A stretch of DNA of 64,000 nt from Camelus ferus (Eukaryota). A program made the position numbers and the translations under genes. Shown here piece by piece: positions 38,375-50,085 of the stretch (positions within the stretch are counted from its first letter, which is position 1; every line of letters starts with the position of its first letter). Location of the stretch: positions 3,784,001-3,848,000 of the forward strand of contig NC_045697.1 in NCBI RefSeq assembly GCF_009834535.1, read 5' to 3'. Below the pieces are notes generated by a model, which worked only from the letters and a program-made list of their open reading frames with translations, was not told the DNA's origin and did not search any database.

Positions 38375-38446
38375 ATAGCCCACATCCGGTCGGTAACAAG
38401 TGTAAGCGCCCAGAATGCTGTGCAGCATGTCGTGGTACGGCCCACC
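38375..38446 (-). CDS. TBC1D14: TBC1D14 coding exon
   Basis: 72 nt, [24 protein letters not shown]; tag acceptor and gtaag donor. Confidence 0.95.
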
Positions 38447-40339
38447 CTACAGGGACCAACACAGCGGAGACAGCACACGTCAGCTGTGTTAGTGCTCGGA
38501 CTCGCTCCCGCCGCCGCCAATCATGCCCCCCATGTACCAGGAGGCCTAGATGCCAAGCGTTACGCTAGCAGCTCAACACGTATGTGCAACTTGACAGATT
38601 AACTAGCAACCTGCAGTTAACAAGGCCCGTCTGCAGCTCGGTCTGCGAAGCTGCGCTGACGTGAGCTGGTGGGTCAGGTGTGAGCACAGCGCTAGAAAAA
38701 CAGCCCTAATTTGGCCCCTGCTGTGTAACTGCATTTCCCCTTCAGAGTTCAACTGGGAGACCAGGTGCCCCAGGGTCCTTCAGAGGAGGGAGAGCTCACC
38801 GTCTTCCTACCTCTGCCCTCTCTCCCCTGTCACTCTCTGTTTCTTTTGTGTTTCTCAGGACAGCAGGTTTAGGAAACACACTCTGACTTTTTAGGTCCGA
38901 ATAGCTACCATTTTATTCCAAACTTCTCCCAGCTCTCCCATCCCTCCAAGATTTCCATTTGTTCCTGTAACTTCTTCCAAAAATTTAAGTGTTGGAATTT
39001 CTTTGCTCTAACTGAGCATGGAAGGAAGCTCGGAGGCACCTCACACTGATGTGAACGTGGGAGACACGGGCTCGGCCCAGATCATGGCTCAGGCCCACGC
39101 CTGCCAGGTGTACATGAGAACGCCCTGGCCCAGCCATCCCATTCTGACATATAAAAAGAAGAGACCCTTCCAAATCACAGAGGGATAAAACAGCAATGGA
39201 AGGTAAAAAAGATGACACCCAGGGCTAAGAGGGTAAGGGGGGATGAGGGGGGTCCTGGGGCCGCATCACCTGAGGACCAGTGCGACTGTCACCAAGGGGT
39301 ATCCGGTCTAAGGACAAAGCAGGAAAAAGCAAAGGCACTGCACTGGCCTTTCCTTAGAGCTACGTGTTCTTAATTTGGAAGACTTTGCGCCCTCCTCCTG
39401 ATTACATCCTCCTTACTCTGGTGCTAAATGTCCTTTCTTTGATGAAAGATGGTGCTAGTAGATGGCAGTTTCTTGTTTCAAATGCCCTTAACTTGTTCTG
39501 GACATTTCATAGTTCCCCACACCACTTTTTTTTTTTTTAAACGTTGCCCATTTTTGAAATCTAGAACTTTGGGAACCACAGACTGAGGGAGACATCTGGC
39601 CGCGGGCACCTTTCAGGCCCTGGCCCGGTTCTCGGACGGCCCTTCTTGGCCACACTCCAGATGTGTCTCAGAGCTCTGCCCTTATACTCTCTTTCCTCCA
39701 GAGCACAGACTGCCCTGCAGCTGGCTCCTACCTCAAACAGAGCAGCCACCAGTCCACGGAACTGAGGATTCCCTGAACTATCAGCTGTTTGATGGTTCCA
39801 TTCTGGTCCTCCTCCTGCCTGGGATGTCTCTCCCATCCTCTGGTCAGACTGTCATTCAAACCTGGTCCAATCACAGCCCAAGAGCCACTTCCTCAGTGAG
39901 CATGCCTGACCCCTCATCCCTGCCCTCTCCCGGCTGCTGTATGTGGACCAGGAGAGTGAACCATTACCTGTCTGTGCTGTCAGAGTACCTGGGACATACC
40001 CACATTTCTGCAAAGCCCACCTGTCTAACCTCTACACCTCCTGGCTCATTCTAGGCAGCCACTAACTGATTTGTTCTAATTTATTCCACTTTCCTTTAAT
40101 GGTTCCCTAGTGGGTACATGGGCATAACAGAACCAGACTGGGTATCTCAAAGTCATACTAAATATTTGTTGGAAAGAATCAGTTACCATTATTTTTAAAA
40201 CTCTACATAGATCAACATAAGACCTGCCCTCTCGCCAAAAAGCCCTAGTACTTTTCAAACTTGATTACAAATATATGCAATTTGGCACCTGTGAATTCTA
40301 GACAAAACATACTGAACGTAACAAATCACCACCACCTAC

Positions 40340-40434
40340 TTGCTGGAAAATGCAGAGATTAGGGAAGGTTCTGGAAATGTCCAGTTTAATAAGCTCCAGG
40401 CTGGCTTCTCTGTCTGCTGCTGAAAAACCAGCAT
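40340..40434 (-). CDS. TBC1D14: TBC1D14 coding exon (Arg finger IxxDxxR)
   Basis: 95 nt, (D)[31 protein letters not shown]; cag acceptor and gtagg donor. Confidence 0.95.
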
Positions 40435-41369
40435 CTGTCAAAAGATCAACAGTCATCACACCTCTCAGAGGCAAGTGTGTGGAGTAGTTACAAGGCTTTG
40501 AACTTTTATGAGAATGAAACAAGAAAAGGAAGTTCTTCAGAAGTACATGGACCTAATTACCACCTCAACCAACAGGATCAATAGTTTGTAGAGTTTACAC
40601 CAGTTTGTAGAGTTTCTTACTTTAAGAGCAAAAATCTCACAGCACCATCTAATGCTAGATCATCATCAGATACTTTCCAGAGTGTGAAATCAAAATCTGA
40701 TTTGATATTACTTTTGCCAACAACTGTCATGGAAGTGAGGACAAGTAAGGCGACAGACACACAAATGGATTCCAGGCACAGAAAACACAAAAAAACCCCA
40801 TTATTTGATCTAGAACATCACTGGGATAAACTGAGAACACGTGGGAGCTACTGCAGTGCAACACTCATGTGTACTATTTCTAACAAGTAAGTATGAATAG
40901 CTTGCTTTATATTTTTTAATTCTAATACCACATAGACAGTATAAAAGCAGATCAGCAAAAAAGACACTACTTAACTAACAGAGGCCATCACAACCATTCT
41001 CGTGTGTTATGGAAAATTCTAAAAGCATAATCTAGGAAATACGCTGTTTTTCTTGTCTCTGTGGAAGCGGTTCCTCTATAAACCAGCTCTCAAGCGATCC
41101 TGGGTGCCAGGCTACTGTAAATCATGTGAATAGTGAATAAAGGCTTCCAGCATCTTAGGATACACTCAACTCTCAGGAATTGGTATCATCTTTCTTATAA
41201 AAGTTTCTTTCTTTAATTTGTTTGCTCTAAAAAAATCCCTTTTCCCATGAAGCTTTTATATTTTGCACTAACCACTATTTCAGTTAAGTAAATTTTCTTC
41301 ATTATGTAATAAATAATGACATACATATGTGACCGAAGGAGCCCACAGGTGTGTTAGCATCATACATAC

Positions 41370-41450
41370 CTTCACTGTCCACTTCAGAGCCTCCTGTGCT
41401 AAAGGACCGCCACCTCTCCTTGGCTCGGGCAAGACAGATGGCAAAGAGCT
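41370..41450 (-). CDS. TBC1D14: TBC1D14 coding exon
   Basis: 81 nt, (E)LFAICLARAKERWRSFSTGGSEVDSE(D); cag acceptor and gtatg donor. Confidence 0.94.
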
Positions 41451-43304
41451 CTGGAAGAAAAGCCTCTGGGTAAGTATCAAGTACACACGTGAGTACGCCT
41501 CCTTGAAAACACCAGAGAGTGCACACTGCCTCATTCAAATGTTTGAAGTTCAACTGCAGCTAAGGCTGCTTAAACGATCCCCCACTTAGCCTGAGGGCGC
41601 TGATGTCTTAAGACACCACCATATACAAAGAGACACACAAAATGCCACTCTGCGTGTTTACTTAGATTACACAACCCACCCATCAACCTGTTTTGCTTCG
41701 ATGTATTTGTGAGTCTACCGAATCTATTAGACTGTGAGCTCCAGTGAGACTGGGAGGGTCTCTCATTCATATTTGTATCCAGAGCAAACAGCACTGGGAT
41801 TGACACAAATCAGTATAATCAATGAATATCTGACAGATGAAGAAAGCGAGAGACAAGCAGAAAACCCATCTGGTTTTAAATAAAGACAAAATGGAACCGC
41901 TACCCCCTGGCCCAGTCTTCCTGAACATGCTGCCTGAAAGGGGGCAGCGATGCAAGCAACACAGGCAGAAGTTAAAAAAAAAAAGAAAATGAGGATTCTT
42001 GTTGGCAGAGAGGTGTCAAGGCAGGTCTCCCACAAGGCAGCCTCCACGTCTCACCCATATTTGGAACTTATTTTTCAATGATTCTTCTCTTTGGGTGGTG
42101 TGGCAATGGTGAAATACTAACTCTGCACACAGATTTCACTGTTACACACAGACCTCCGTGGTATATCCATGCCCCAGTCTTCCTGAAAGGGTGGAAATGA
42201 AGGCTGACCCCACAGAGACCTCCCCCCGCCTTCCCCGGCCCGGATGCTCCCCAGCCATCGGTTGCCTTGGATTGCGAACGCTCACTAGTTGATCACTAAG
42301 ACTAATCACAGCTACTCAGAGAATTTCTATAACTTTAGTTTTTCCATCAAACTTTTGGAAAATAAAGCAGAGCACATCTGCCTTCTGGATAGTATATGCT
42401 GTTTTATTAAAATATAAATCAAATTCTAGTAATACTATTGTGTTCCAATAAGTAAAATTTTGATTAACAACCCTTTTCTAACCTTGTGATGATCTGACCC
42501 ACAATCTATGAGAGTCCGTAAGCGCAGTACAACTATGAAATATAACTGCATGTTGATGTCAGCACCTGGAAGGCAGCAACAAGCATCCTCATTCAAATGC
42601 TTACGGGACAGATCTGGAGGCGTGCTGAGCTGGAGGCTAGAGGGTCTGGGAGCCTCTGCCCGCTCTCAGTTCCCAGGAGTTGGGCTTAGCTTTGATCATT
42701 TTGGCAGGAGGTGAAGGAAAACAACTGTGTGGTCCTACTTCCCAAATGAGGTTTCGACAGTTAAAGCACAGATGCTGGCAGTCTCGGGGTGAAATGGGTC
42801 AAAAGTGTCAGTTTTTAAAACATCCCTTGGTTTTACTAGTGTGTGCCTGTGAGGAGGGGAGGAGTTAGAACAGTGAATACACCTTCTTCCGTGACCCAGT
42901 TTCAAAGTACAAGGCTGACTTCCCTAAGAGTGAAGTTTTAATACCACCATTAGGTCGACTTTCAGTAAGTTTCCAATTGCACAACCACAGAAAGAACAAA
43001 ACTCTGGGGCTTCCCAAATCACAACACAGGCTTCAGAGTCAGCCAAGGCCAGAACGTCCCGGCTCCACCATACACTGGCCATGAGGCTGGGGCACAGTCC
43101 CTGACCTTTTCAGGATGCTAGATGCTCAGTAGGGAAATAAGGTCAACACCACCTGCCCCTCAGACTGCGGTTGGTGTTAAGTAAGATGGGAGCAAAGAGC
43201 CCAGTACGATGCCTAGCCTCACAGCGGACCTCGAGATGACCTGTGTTCTCACACTCGCTTGAATATGCAGTAAAACTGAGATTAAGTAGGACCCAATAAG
43301 GTGG

Positions 43305-43460
43305 CATTCATTCATTCATTCATTCATTCAGCAAACACTTCCTGAGGGCCTGCCTGGTGCAGAGAGCTGTGCTGGGCTCAGCGACAGAACAGAGAGTGTC
43401 ACAGGTGAGGCCCCAGCGTCCAGAGCACCTGTTCTAGGGGGCAACCAGTAACAGGCAGAC
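43305..43460 (-). mobile_element. L2 3' end with (CATT)n tail
   Basis: cattcattcattcattcattcagcaaacacttcctgagggcctgcctggtgc...tgtgctggg. Confidence 0.75.
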
Positions 43461-44829
43461 AACCACACAAGACAGGCACAATGCAAATACAACGAGCCAA
43501 TATCAAAATTTAGACAAACTTTCAAGACATATAATTGATTAATTAGTTGTTTAACCCAATGTACTATGATATGGTCCACAGAAGATTTTAATTTAAATAA
43601 AATCAGTGCAGCCACCAGTGAGAACCAAAAATTAAAGACACACACACACATGCAGAACTCTGCATTACATTCAACTGGCTTAGAGCTGCTGACAGAGAGT
43701 TTAGAAATTTTCAAGAACGAGGACTCAGACAAATGGTCAGCCATGTCTTCAAACCTCTACTTCCAGGAAAGCTTGTTAAAACCTATTTCCACGAGTTAAA
43801 TGATACACATCTTCTCATGTAAAGACATTAAGGTTTTGGCAGGTATGGATTAGCCAAGAAATAGAACTTTGCGATGATCACATGAACATAAACCAGTCAC
43901 CATCCACCCAAGCAGCTGTCACCAGTCAAGATGGAGAACACCGCCAGCCAAGGCTCCAATCACAGGGTAAGATCGAAGTCTTATAAAATAAAGAGCACAG
44001 TAACAATATGAACCCCAGCTACACAGGGAAGGTACACATCAATCTATTTTCAGCTCAAAGGCCTTCAACAGGGTAAAAGTTGCCACCACCAACTCCACAA
44101 CTCCACAAACTGGGCACTAATATAAAGAAGACAATTAAGGAGTTTCTGTCCTCGGCAGCTTAGACTGCAGACAGATGACACAGTACTAAGCAATGATTCC
44201 CACTTACTAAGCACTTAGTTGTAAGTCTGCGACTTCCTGGTGTCGGTTTCACCCTGCACCACAGCTGGCAGAGAGGGCAAGGAGCCCAGGGAATGCTGTG
44301 GTGGGGCCTCAGGAAGGGAAGTACACATCTCACTTCCCTCTGGACACATGGTTCTAGACCCTCAAGGACCCAGTCCAAGCACACTGTGTTGTCCCCTCTA
44401 AGGCGCTTATACATGAGAGGCCTGAGAGGAAAATGCCACAAAAAACCAACAGCGCCCCAAATACAGGACCTCCACAGAAGGAAACACCCACCTCCCTTCC
44501 ATTTTCATGTCCCCACTGAGGCTTGCTTTCTAAAGGACACCGAGAAGAGATGCTTTGAGACCCGTATGTACTACCCCGTGCACTTCGGGGAAGATGACAG
44601 TTATCAGGAAGAAGGCAGGCATTTGCTCTGAACCAGAAAACTGAAGCACCAGGAGTGAACCCAGGCCTCCCCACCCACTCCCCTCCTGGAAGACACACTC
44701 ACCTGGCCTCTCAAAAGACACAGCTTTGTGGCAATGGCTGCCTTTCTTCCTAACAGGGTAGATGGGACAGGAGAAGCCACAGGACCCAGGGGTGGATTCC
44801 CCGAGCCTAGGATCACGCAGGCCACTCAC

Positions 44830-44936
44830 CATGGGTGATATTTAACTCGTTGCCAATGGCTAAGCTCCAGACTTTGCCTCTCACGCTGGGAGGGATCCCC
44901 TGCCACCATAAATCTCGAACTTTTCTAGAGCACCAC
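44830..44936 (-). CDS. TBC1D14: TBC1D14 coding exon (start of TBC domain)
   Basis: 107 nt, (M)[35 protein letters not shown](E); GIPxxxRxxxW motif; cag acceptor and gtgag donor. Confidence 0.96.
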
Positions 44937-46980
44937 CTGGATAAAAACGGAAGCAAAAACGGAGTTCACGAGTCTGTTCTCAGTGAAGAAATGCTTGTCC
45001 ACCCACGTGCCTAACCCCAAACCACAGAAGTGGGTGTATACAGTCGTATGTCACAGCCCCTGGTCTCAGGCACCCTACAGTCCAGTGGTCCATACAGACC
45101 AGGAGACCAAGGCTACCTTCCACCAGGCAACTACTGTGACAGGGGTGCCAAAGGCACTGCACACCCAGAGACGGGCACCACAAACCACGGGGCCCAGGGC
45201 ACCATTCTGGAGCCAAATTCTGAGCGACCAGTAGCAATTTAAGCAGATGAAGGGCGGGAAGGACTTTGTGAGCAGAAAGCACAGCAGCAAGAAATAATCT
45301 GGCCGATACAGGAGCCGCAAACAGCTGGGCACGGGGTGGGACGCCAGGAGGTACGGCCGCACAGCTGCAGGTGAGGGCAGACCCCGAGGGGCCTCGAGAA
45401 GGCAGCCCAAGAGCACGGCCGCCAACCACTACACTGCTGCACACAGCAAGGGACTCGGGTAACGAGCTGCCGGAAGCTAACTCGGCACACTCTGAGCTGC
45501 CCAGTCGTTGAGGTCTGCTGGTCACAACGAGCACACACTGCTAACAGACTGGGACAAACATGCAGGTTCCAAAGCCTCCCCACACAGGGCTTCCTGACAC
45601 AGCACAGTGGGAGGGCATGGGCTGACGCATCCTCATTGCACCCTGACCTGTGGAACTGAAGCAAACTTCTCCTCTCACTCGGTATCCTCCTCCCTAACAC
45701 CAAGGTGACGAACCTCCCCACCCTCAAGGGGCTGCTGTGAGGGTCAAGTCAGATAAAGCCCAAAGGCACCTGCCACAGTGCCTGGCACCAGCTGGGTTGT
45801 TAAGTGGCAGTTCTCTTACAACTGCCTGCATCTGGATCACATCAAGCCTCCGTCAGCGTAGGATGGACCAGGGTGGGGTCTGCAGCCACACAGGGAGACA
45901 GTTCAAGGGTTCTGAGGACCTTAACTCTTGTTAGTGAGTTCCGTTCGAGAAGAAGTGTTTCCTGACCACGTCCACCCTATAAGAGACACTGCCTAGAAAA
46001 CCAGGCTCCGGGAACAGCTTGTTTTCCTAGTGCAGATGCGCAACAGGGTCACCCAGCCCCGTAATGAGTGAGTGACACCCAGGCAAGCGCTAGAGCAAGT
46101 CCCCAACATCCCAACATACGGGTCAGGTTGAAAGGACAAGAGCTAAAAGGAAGCCGGCATCCAAGCTCCCCAGAGCTCCTGCAGACCGGGGAGCCCCCAA
46201 AACAGCCGCAAGCCTCTGTGCACGGCCTGGGACTGCTGTCCACACGCTAACTGTTCTGGCCACACAGAAAGATCTACATCTGTCCCTCAGATGTAAAGAT
46301 GACAGCAGCTGCCAGACTACTGGGTAGAGGGGGTTGTCACCAAAGCAGACCCAGTGCCCATCCTGAGACAGAGAGCAATAGAAGCTTGAGCAGACGGATA
46401 CAGTGTACTCAGAGGGGGTCTTCTACAGGCACCTGGAGCCAGGGCGAGGGCAGCAAAGTCTTCTCCAAGGGACTGAACCTTGAAGGACAAAGTGTTAACT
46501 GGATGAGGAGTTACAGGACAAGAACACTCTTAAGTAGAGGGAGTGAGATGTGCAAAGGCCCTGAGGCTCCCTAAGGACAGGGCTCTGTCCAAAGGAGAGA
46601 GGAAGGTGAGGCTACAGAGAAAGGGACGGGCTAGCTCACAAAGGGTCCTGTCAGCTAAGCCAAGCAATTCACATTTCACACTGAGAGTCACAAGTTTCTG
46701 AAATTTTAAGTATGGAAGTGACACAGATTCGTGCCTTAGAAGACCCCTCTGGCTGCTGAGTAGATCATGAACTAGAAGGTGTGGGGGGTGGAGTGGCTGT
46801 CACAGTATGTGGATGTGTAACAAGACCAAACCGAGGCAGGGGAAGGAGCCTCTGCACCTTAACCTCATCAGGTAACTCCATCAAAGGTTGTGATGTGATT
46901 CACAACTAATGCAGCTGCTTCCCATAGATTCTACCAAGAAGTGATTTACAGCCCAGCGAGCCCACTGTGTCACAGCTTAC

Positions 46981-47098
46981 ATTGTTTCCCAGTTAGGCAA
47001 AATCTCATTATTCCAGGTAAGGACAGCATTTCCAATACTGTCTTCTAATCTGCATCTTTCTTCCAGCTGCTTTTTCCTCCTCTGGGCTTCTTTCAGCT
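46981..47098 (-). CDS. TBC1D14: TBC1D14 coding exon
   Basis: 118 nt, (E)LKEAQRRKKQLEERCRLEDSIGNAVLTWNNEILPNWET(M); cag acceptor and gtaag donor. Confidence 0.95.
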
Positions 47099-47574
47099 CT
47101 GGAAATCACAAGCAAAAATAAGAAGAAAACATCTATTAATTGATGTCCACCAATTTCAAGCTGGGTGGTTCTTCTCAGAGTCATGCTGCAAAAAAACCAG
47201 GAAAACAGCACTGAAATAGAGCAATGAAACCTGACCTTCTAAGACTCATTTCATACCGTAGGGAATTCAGAATGCTTAGGCATTATTCATCCTTTAGTAA
47301 GCTTTTTGTAACATACACACCGTGTAACATGCATACAGAAAAGTACACACATAGGAACACAGCAGGGCTATCACAGAACAGACAAACTCAGGAAACTACC
47401 ACTGCAGTCAGAAGACAAAACATTAACAGAACACCAGAAGCCCCTCTTGTGCTCCCCCAACCCAATCCCCTTTCCAATGTAACCTCCAACCTCACTTCTG
47501 TTTAAGAATAATGCTTAGTGTACAATAGCGACCCTGAGAAATACCATGCATTTTCATTGATACATACTTTTCTA

Positions 47575-47975
47575 ATATTTTTTGTGGTACAATACACAAA
47601 ACATAAAATTTACCACTTTAAGTGTACATTCAGCAGCACTGAGTATATCCACCCTATTATGCAACCATCACCACCATCCATCCCGGGAATTTTTTCATCT
47701 TGGCAAACTCAAACTCTGTCTCCATCAAACACTGAGTTCCCCATTCCCCCTCCCCACAGTCCCTGACAACCTCCACTCTACTTTCTGTCTCTATGAATCT
47801 GACTATTTGGGGGACCTCATATAAGCGGAATCATACAGTATTTATCCTTTTGTGTCTGGCTTATTTCACTGAGAATAATGTCTTCAAGCTTCATGTTGTA
47901 GCATGTGTCAGAATTTCATTCCTTTTTAAGGCTGAGTAATATTCCATTGTATGGATGGACCACATTTTGTTCATT
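47575..47975 (-). mobile_element. L1MB-type LINE-1 3' end
   Basis: acataaaatttaccac..gcaaccatcaccaccatcca..ctttctgtctctatgaat..ctcatataagcggaatcatacagtattt..cctttttaaggctgagtaatattccattgt. Confidence 0.9.
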
Positions 47976-48372
47976 ATACATACTTTTTAAACATCCAAGA
48001 AGCAAAGGGTTTTTAGGTGCTGCAAGGCACTTTACCAAATCCCACCACATCTTCCTGTAAACAGGGAAAACAGCCCAGAGGGAAGGAGATCTGGCCATCA
48101 CTACTGGCCGAGGCCGTCTCCAGCTAGGACTTTTACCCTACGCAGTCTCTTTCCTCGGGTAATTCAAAGTGCTATTCTCTTCCGTAAAGCTACCAGGAAT
48201 GAACAGTTAGTAGAAACGTACATTTTTGATGGAAAATTACAAATATCAAAATAGTAAAGCATTCAACAAAGTTCAGGTTCTTGAGCGTCAAAATGTAAAA
48301 AAGAGAAAATATCCAGAGAGACACAAAATCCTGTGCCACCTTATGTAACCAAACACATGTGAACTCCATTAC

Positions 48373-48455
48373 CTCGTTTTTTGGCCTGAACCACCATTTC
48401 TTCATACTGTTGCCTGTGTTTCTGAGCCTCTTCAGCTGGCTTCGCCGGGAGATTT
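48373..48455 (-). CDS. TBC1D14: TBC1D14 coding exon
   Basis: 83 nt, (A)NLPAKPAEEAQKHRQQYEEMVVQAKKR(E); aag acceptor and gtaat donor; phases fit both neighbours. Confidence 0.93.
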
Positions 48456-49966
48456 CTTAATAGAAAATAAATGATTTTTCACCATTGTAAATATTAAATA
48501 AGTGAAATGTGAAGTATCATTACAAAAAAATGAAAAGCTCAAAGACTAAAACCACATTTGTTAGATGACAAAGATGCAGCTCTTTCATAAACCAAAAATA
48601 TTTTTTACAAAAGTAAAATAAGCTCACTTAAAAAAATCTGAAGTATGAAGATTAGCAGAAGGAAGAAAATAGCAATTACCCCTAATTCCAATAGAGATAA
48701 ACACTTAACCTGTGGGTGTTTTCCCCCTTCAGTCTCCAGAGAAACTCTGCTGCGACCACAGCGCACTGATAATCGTCAGCAGAGCACCCGAATGGCAAGC
48801 ACCACATATACGTATGAATACATTCCCTGGCCAGTTTTTCAAGGGTGCAAGTACCTGCTACGTGGTTCATTTCTTTTCTTTAATATATATACACAGATTT
48901 ATACAATAGTTCTGACATCTAAACGTAGTGTGCAGCTTCGGATCCTGTTTAGAAAAATAAAGTGCATGTTCTCTTTCAGAAATGTGCGGGGGAATTTGCC
49001 AGGCCCTTGGAAAGGGGGAGGGTGGCCATGTCCGGCTGTTTGTGCCCCGGGCTATCTGGACGACTGTCCCGGCTGCAGGAGGACAGGGCACGGTTTCCCA
49101 CAGCCTACGTTTTGGAGCGCTTTACAAGGACTGGTCCTCACAGTACGCTGGCTTTTACCCACAGCCTCTACCTACCTTTTTAATCCTCCATTTCTGGGTT
49201 TCTCTTCCCAACTACTCACAAGCCCACAATTTCCAAGGACCAAAAATTATCATCAAAAGAAACATTTCCTCTTTAGATTTCACCAATATTAAATGTCAGG
49301 GTTGGCAGGGGCCTTAGGAATTCCAGCCTAAGATTTTATAATCTCTCTCTCTTTTTGAAAGCTGTGGAATCTTTCTATTCAAATGTAATGTTCTATGGAA
49401 ACTCAATACTTAAACAGAGATAAGCTATGGCCTGGTACAACGGAACAATCCCTTTACCCCACTAAGGTCTCCAAACACAATCATCAAAATCCACGTCCTC
49501 ATCAGATCCATGGAAACCCAGAGGCCCAGAGGGAGAGGGGACTTGCTGAGATCAGCCAGCCACACTGCAGATCCCAAAACAGCAGCAGGCTAGTCCAGGA
49601 CTGTCCTGTAGTACTGAGGTGCCTCCAAAGTGCCCAGCTTAGAGACACCTCCTGGTGTGTGTTTCTTACAGTTACCAGCCAGTCTGTAATTAATAACAGC
49701 TCCTTAAGTATTTGTGAATGCTAAATTAAAATGAAAAATCACCTGAATGGAAAATCCTGGTCAAAACTTCTACTTTAAGGCAAGTTTTCCAAATTAGCCA
49801 TTTGGTATTATCTAGAACACACATCAGCACAGGGAAGGACGAGGGCCCCGCAGTAGGGACAGGCTGACCCCTCTTCCCCTCATGAGCGTCCTTTTCTAAT
49901 GAGGAGGTGATGAGCTAAGACGCTTCTCCCCCAAAGCAAACCCTCTACAGACGCCTCCCCACTCAC

Positions 49967-50085
49967 GCTGGCCTGTCTTCCAAGATGAGCGCGGTGGTGG
50001 AAAGTGGCTCGAAATCAAGATTCTTCCTCACATTCTGCTTTGGAGAGGGTGGCCTGCTAGGTCGTCCAGCCTTGTCGTCATATTC
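49967..50085 (-). CDS. TBC1D14: TBC1D14 coding exon
   Basis: 119 nt, [39 protein letters not shown](A); tag acceptor and gtgag donor. Confidence 0.94.

Noticed and set aside
40583..40615. 14-bp direct repeat agtttgtagagttt separated by 5 nt (similar small duplications at 31897-31925 and 53890-53911)
   Set aside because: Two copies only; ordinary local duplication and not an array.
48645..49292. 215-aa plus-strand ORF in a TBC1D14 intron
   Set aside because: No recognisable domain, promoter or codon bias; partly old repeat-like sequence.
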